Assembly (NCBI RefSeq): GCF_021054785.1
Contig: NZ_CP088239.1
Coordinates: forward strand, 990,001-1,022,000
DNA length: 32,000 nt
Reading direction: 5' to 3'
From: Tannockella kyphosi
Lineage (GTDB): Bacteria > Bacillota_I > Bacilli_A > Erysipelotrichales > Coprobacillaceae
This document shows positions 27,636 through 32,000 of this stretch, one piece after another. A program made the position numbers and the translations under genes. How positions within the stretch are numbered: the stretch's first letter is position 1; each line of letters opens with the position of its first letter. Under the pieces are notes generated by a model that saw nothing but the letters and a program-made list of their open reading frames with translations, had not been told where the DNA came from and did no database searches.

Positions 27636-28778
27636 TTAAAGAATCTGATTAAATACAAATTCCCTTGTTTCTTTATCAACTTGTATAAGTTGTTCTAAAG
27701 AAGGATTTTCAATAGATTGATGATTCTTCATTGCTTTTTCAACCAACTCCTCAATCATCAAAAATTCTATCTTATTTTTTTGAAATAAATCATTTGCAAC
27801 TTCATTTGCTGCATTTAATACACATGGCATACTTCCACCAGTTCTACCTGCTTGATAAGCTAAATCAAGTGCTTTAAATCTTACTAAGTCAGGTTTTCTA
27901 AAGTTCATTGTTGCTACTTTTGCTAAATCTAAACTTGTTGCATTAATGAGTTTTTTTCTAGTAGGATACGTAAAAGCATATTGTATTGGTAAACGCATAT
28001 CAGGATTCCCTAATTGAGCAATAATAGAAGTATCCACAAATTCAACCATTGAATGAATAATACTTTCAGGATGAATTAACACTTCAATTTGATCATAGTT
28101 TAAATCAAACAACCATTTTGCTTCAATCACTTCCAAACCTTTATTAAATAAAGTAGCACTATCAATTGTTATCTTTGCTCCCATAGACCAATTAGGATGA
28201 TTCAATGCTTGTTCTACAGAAACTCCTATCAATTCTTCCCTTGATTTATCACGGAAACTACCCCCACTACATGTAAGAATAATTTTACGTACATCTTTTT
28301 TACTTTCTCCATTCATAGATTGGAAAATAGCAGAATGTTCACTATCAACCGGCAACAAACGAACATTATTTTGTTTTGCTAAATCACAAATAATATGTCC
28401 AGCAACTACCAATGTTTCTTTGTTAGCAAGTGCGATATCTTTTTTTGCTTTTATTGCTTCAATCGTTGGTAATAACCCAGCAAAACCTACAATTGCATTT
28501 AAAACAATATCAACATCAGGTAATTTAGCAATATATTCTAACCCCTCATTACCAAAATAGAAATTACGATCTGGATATTTCTCTTTTAAATAATCACAAT
28601 CTTCTTTCTTAATAACACAAATATGCTTAACAGGTAACAAAGTTAAAATTTCTTCCACTTTTGAAATGTTTTTTCCTGCAGACATAGCTTCAATTACAAA
28701 CTCTGGGTGATGTAAACATACATCCACGCATTGCAAACCTATCGAACCAGTTACTCCAAGAACAGTGATTTTTTTCAT
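27636..28778 (-). CDS. dxr: 1-deoxy-D-xylulose 5-phosphate reductoisomerase
   Basis: GVTGSIG NADPH motif, LPVDSEHSAIFQ and NKGLEVIEA motifs. Confidence 0.95.
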   Translation of the reverse strand: MKKITVLGVTGSIGLQCVDVCLHHPEFVIEAMSAGKNISKVEEILTLLPVKHICVIKKEDCDYLKEKYPDRNFYFGNEGLEYIAKLPDVDIVLNAIVGFAGLLPTIEAIKAKKDIALANKETLVVAGHIICDLAKQNNVRLLPVDSEHSAIFQSMNGESKKDVRKIILTCSGGSFRDKSREELIGVSVEQALNHPNWSMGAKITIDSATLFNKGLEVIEAKWLFDLNYDQIEVLIHPESIIHSMVEFVDTSIIAQLGNPDMRLPIQYAFTYPTRKKLINATSLDLAKVATMNFRKPDLVRFKALDLAYQAGRTGGSMPCVLNAANEVANDLFQKNKIEFLMIEELVEKAMKNHQSIENPSLEQLIQVDKETREFVFNQIL

Positions 28779-29564
28779 TTATACTACCCCCGCAATTAAC
28801 ATAAATAGTGCCATAATAATAGCGTTATATAATAAACTATCTAATCTATCTAACACCCCACCATGACCTGGTAATAATTGAGAATAATCTTTGACATCAA
28901 AACGTCTTTTAATAGCACTAAAAATCAAATCCCCTATTTGACTAGTAAAAGTTAAAATAACACAAGCAGTAATTAATAAAGGGTATTGATTTAAAATTCC
29001 TGTATAAATACCATATAAGATAGCTAGTGCAGATCCTAAAACAATCCCACCAATAGAACCTTCTACTGTTTTTTTAGGAGAAAGTCTTGGTATTAATTTA
29101 TTCTTACCAAAGAAATAACCTGTAAAATAAGCTCCTACATCACTACCATAAGTTGCAATCGTTACTAATAACAAATATTCTATACCAAACTTGAATAGAA
29201 TAATACATAATATATGAAAAGCACATCCAATTAGTACTCCCACACTAATAATATAACCAACACGATTTACCGTTAGTTCTTCATCAAAAATACAAGCTCC
29301 AAAGATAATAACAGAATAAAGTAAAATTGGAAGTGAACTAATAAAAATAGCGTTTTGTTCAAAATAACAACAATATCCAAAAAAACAAAAAACGACAGGA
29401 TATAAATAATATTTTAGTTTTGGTTTTGAGCAAATATGCAATAATTCATAAGATGCCATACCAATTGTTAAAACTGTTAAAATTTGAAAAGGTACTCCTT
29501 GAAAGTAAACCGCAGGGACAACTAAAACAGCTAAAATAAAAGCTGTAATTATTCTTTGTTTCAT
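28779..29564 (-). CDS. cdsA: Phosphatidate cytidylyltransferase
   Basis: Polytopic, with the CDS signature SAIKRRFDVKDYSQLLPGHGGVLDRLDS. Its stop abuts the dxr start. Confidence 0.9.
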   Translation of the reverse strand: MKQRIITAFILAVLVVPAVYFQGVPFQILTVLTIGMASYELLHICSKPKLKYYLYPVVFCFFGYCCYFEQNAIFISSLPILLYSVIIFGACIFDEELTVNRVGYIISVGVLIGCAFHILCIILFKFGIEYLLLVTIATYGSDVGAYFTGYFFGKNKLIPRLSPKKTVEGSIGGIVLGSALAILYGIYTGILNQYPLLITACVILTFTSQIGDLIFSAIKRRFDVKDYSQLLPGHGGVLDRLDSLLYNAIIMALFMLIAGVV

Positions 29565-30310
29565 TATTTTAAACCTCCAAATCTACGATCTCTATTTTGA
29601 TATAGCCAAATACATTCATATAATTCTTGTTCATCAAAATCAGGCCAATAAGCATCTGTAAAAATAAATTCAGCATACGCTAATTGCCATAATAAAAAAT
29701 TAGAAAGGCGTTGTTCCCCACTTGTACGAACCATTAGTTCAATAGCTGGTAATCCATCCGTCATTAAATAGGACTCAAAAAGAGATTCATTAATAGATTG
29801 AATATCTTGTTTACCATCGATACAGTCCTGTACTAAATTTTTAGTAGCATGAATAATTTCATCACGACCCCCATAAATAAAAGCAAAACAAAGCTTTAAA
29901 CCTGTATTCATCTTTGTTTGTTCCATCGCACTTTTAATAATATTTTGTGTTGCTTCTGGTGCTAATTCAAGATGACCAATCATACATACCTGTACATTGT
30001 TATCAATTAATTCTTGAAGATACAACTGAAAGAACTCTTTTGGTAATTTGAAAATAAAATTAACTTCACTTTCAGGACGTGCAAAGTTTTCGGTAGAAAA
30101 AGCATAAATAGTCATTGCTTGGACTCCTAATTTATTTGCCTCTAAAGCAATTTTACGAATTGTTTTTGTTCCTTCATGATGACCAAATGTTCTAGGCATA
30201 TTTCTTTTTTTAGCCCATCTTCCATTTCCATCCATAATAAAAGCAATGTGACGAGGAATGTTTGTTAAATCAATATCTTTAATTGTTTTTTGTTTGTTTC
30301 TTTTTAGCAT
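29564..30310 (-). CDS. uppS: Isoprenyl transferase (undecaprenyl diphosphate synthase)
   Basis: HIAFIMDGNGRWA and RTSGEQRLSNFLLWQ...YAEF motifs. Its stop overlaps the cdsA start (TAATG). Confidence 0.93.
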   Translation of the reverse strand: MLKRNKQKTIKDIDLTNIPRHIAFIMDGNGRWAKKRNMPRTFGHHEGTKTIRKIALEANKLGVQAMTIYAFSTENFARPESEVNFIFKLPKEFFQLYLQELIDNNVQVCMIGHLELAPEATQNIIKSAMEQTKMNTGLKLCFAFIYGGRDEIIHATKNLVQDCIDGKQDIQSINESLFESYLMTDGLPAIELMVRTSGEQRLSNFLLWQLAYAEFIFTDAYWPDFDEQELYECIWLYQNRDRRFGGLK

Positions 30311-30392
30311 AATCTCCTCCGCTAACTAACCTACATTATAGCATAACCACTCCACTTCAACAACACTTTTAAAACATTGATAGTAAGCAAAA

Positions 30393-30415
30393 AAAAGGTC
30401 TAGACTAGACCTTTT
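30393..30415 (-). terminator. Rho-independent terminator after frr
   Basis: Minus strand AAAAGGTCTAG-t-CTAGACCTTTT followed by TTTTGC. Confidence 0.7.
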
Positions 30416-30421
30416 AGAGAG

Positions 30422-30967
30422 TTAAACAGTTAAGATTTCTTTTTCTTTTACTTTACCGATTTCATCAATTTCTTTTACAAATTTATCAGTTAATTTTTGA
30501 ATTTTATCTTGTCCATCTTTTATTTCATCTTCACTTGCTTCTACTTTTTTAATGTCATCATTGCAATCACGACGAATATTACGGACAGCAATTTTTGCAT
30601 GCTCTGCAAATTTCCATACATTTTTCGCAAATTCTTTACGACGTTCTTCAGTTAAAGCAGGTACATTAATACGAATTACTTCCCCATCATTTTGAGGAGT
30701 TAAACCTAAATTAGCTTCATAAATACCACGTTCAATATCACCAACTGTTGAACGATCATAAGGTTTAATTAACAATTGTCTACCTTCTACTACAGAAACA
30801 CCTGCCATTTGATTGATTGGTGTAGGTGATCCATAATACATCACTGAAACACGATCAAGCATAGAAGGATTAGCTCTACCTGTACGAATAGTCGCTAAAT
30901 CTCTTTGATAAGATTCAATCGCTTTCATCATTCTTTCATTAGCATCTTCTAAAATCATATTAATCAT
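30422..30967 (-). CDS. frr: Ribosome recycling factor
   Basis: ...[16 protein letters not shown]...LTEERRKE... typical of RRF. AGGAGG lies 8 nt upstream. The ATG overlaps the pyrH stop (ATGATTAA). Confidence 0.95.
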   Translation of the reverse strand: MINMILEDANERMMKAIESYQRDLATIRTGRANPSMLDRVSVMYYGSPTPINQMAGVSVVEGRQLLIKPYDRSTVGDIERGIYEANLGLTPQNDGEVIRINVPALTEERRKEFAKNVWKFAEHAKIAVRNIRRDCNDDIKKVEASEDEIKDGQDKIQKLTDKFVKEIDEIGKVKEKEILTV

Positions 30968-31685
30968 TTTTTAGTCCTCCTGAAATTGTAGTTCCTATTA
31001 CAACACCTTCACAAGCTTTTGCAATATTCCCTCTTTCTGCCATATTAAATACACATAAATCAATATTATTATCTTTACATAAAGTAATTGCTGTTTGATC
31101 CATAATTTTTAAATCTTTAGTCAAAACATCATGATATGTAATACTATCAAAACGTTGTGCATTAGGATCTAATTTAGGATCAGCTGAATAAACACCATCT
31201 ACCCCATTTTTTGCCATCAAAATAACATCAGCTTGAATCTCTGCAGCACGAAGTGCAGCAGTAGTATCTGTTGTAAAGAAAGGATTCCCTGTACCAGCAC
31301 CAAAAATAACAACACGTCCTTTTTCTAAGTGACGTACAGCACGACGACGAATATAAGGTTCGGCAACTTGTCTCATTTCAATTGCTGATAATACTCTAGT
31401 AGGAACTCCAATAGCTTCTAAAGCGTTTTGAACAGCTAAACCATTCATTACCGTAGCAAGCATTCCCATATAATCAGCACTTGAACGATCCATACCCATA
31501 TCAGCACCAATTTTTCCACGCCAAATATTTCCACCACCACAAACAATAGCTATTTCACAACCTGTATCTACAGCATCTTTAATTTGGTGAGCAACATCAG
31601 CAACTGTTGTAGCATCGATTCCCATTTTTTGGTCTCCTGCCAGTGCTTCTCCACTTAATTTTAATAATACTCGATTATATCGCAT
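30960..31685 (-). CDS. pyrH: UMP kinase
   Basis: [19 protein letters not shown] and VDGVYSADP motifs. Confidence 0.95.
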   Translation of the reverse strand: MRYNRVLLKLSGEALAGDQKMGIDATTVADVAHQIKDAVDTGCEIAIVCGGGNIWRGKIGADMGMDRSSADYMGMLATVMNGLAVQNALEAIGVPTRVLSAIEMRQVAEPYIRRRAVRHLEKGRVVIFGAGTGNPFFTTDTTAALRAAEIQADVILMAKNGVDGVYSADPKLDPNAQRFDSITYHDVLTKDLKIMDQTAITLCKDNNIDLCVFNMAERGNIAKACEGVVIGTTISGGLKND

Positions 31686-31721
31686 ATATTTCTCCTTATT
31701 ATATTTTAAATTTTATAATAA

Positions 31722-31746
31722 AGAGGACACAATAAAAGCGTCCTCT
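31722..31746 (-). terminator. Hairpin AGAGGAC...GTCCTCT after tsf
   Basis: 7-bp stem starting 6 nt after the tsf stop, followed on the minus strand by TTATTATAAAATTT. Confidence 0.5.
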
Positions 31747-31751
31747 AGTTT

Positions 31752-32000
31752 TTATCCACGCATTTGTTGCGCTACTTCTTCAGCAAAGTTTTCTTGTTTC
31801 TTTTCAATTCCTTCACCAACTTGGTAACGAGCGATAGAAACAATAGTTCCAGTTCCTACAAATTGAGCTACAGTTACATCAGGGTTTTTGATGAATTCTT
31901 GATCAACTAAACACATTTCTTTTAAGTTTTTGTTTAATCTACCTTCTACCATTTTTTCAATAATGTTTTCTGGTTTAGGTTTTGCACTATTTGCATTTTC
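31752..32000 (-). CDS. tsf: Elongation factor Ts, C-terminal part (continues beyond the window)
   Basis: The frame is open to the window edge. ...[36 protein letters not shown]... matches the EF-Ts C-terminal region. Confidence 0.9.
   Translation of the reverse strand, partial: ENANSAKPKPENIIEKMVEGRLNKNLKEMCLVDQEFIKNPDVTVAQFVGTGTIVSIARYQVGEGIEKKQENFAEEVAQQMRG

Overview
AT-rich chromosomal segment from a low-GC Bacillota organism. Gene content plus small sporulation genes suggest an Erysipelotrichia- or Clostridia-like spore former, but I cannot place the taxon from sequence alone. Every host gene is on the minus strand; only three IS transposases are on the plus strand. Two conserved housekeeping blocks are present: tsf-pyrH-frr-uppS-cdsA-dxr-rseP-polC (22.1-32.0 kb) and rimP-nusA-ylxR-ylxQ-infB-rbfA (7.6-12.25 kb). 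In Bacillus-type genomes polC and rimP are adjacent. Here they are separated by a ~9.9 kb accessory insert (12.25-22.14 kb), which is the most interesting part of the window. It holds a non-canonical Dlt-like surface-acylation module: a large MBOAT acyltransferase, a DltA-like AMP-ligase, a DltC-like carrier protein, and a DASS/SLC13 permease whose start lies 2 nt after the carrier stop. Next to it is an operon for a membrane-anchored transglutaminase/Ig-like protein, a membrane-anchored SGNH (DltD-like) protein and a lipoprotein. The ligase gene is split by an IS110-family element. Its junctions can be reconstructed to the nucleotide: a CT core, in-frame restoration of the ligase, and a promoter that would form on circularisation. 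Its 5' non-coding arm has features of a bridge/seek RNA. The left 7.5 kb is a mobile-element-rich region. It contains an ISL3 transposase fragment, a GH1 6-phospho-beta-glucosidase with a PRD/EIIA regulator, a decayed IS150-like IS3 element, the 5' ~300 nt of an ORF-less group II intron sitting just after a terminator, two small genes absent from the ORF track (DUF1540-like, Cse60-like) and an aldose-1-epimerase gene. No CRISPR array, tRNA or rRNA was seen.
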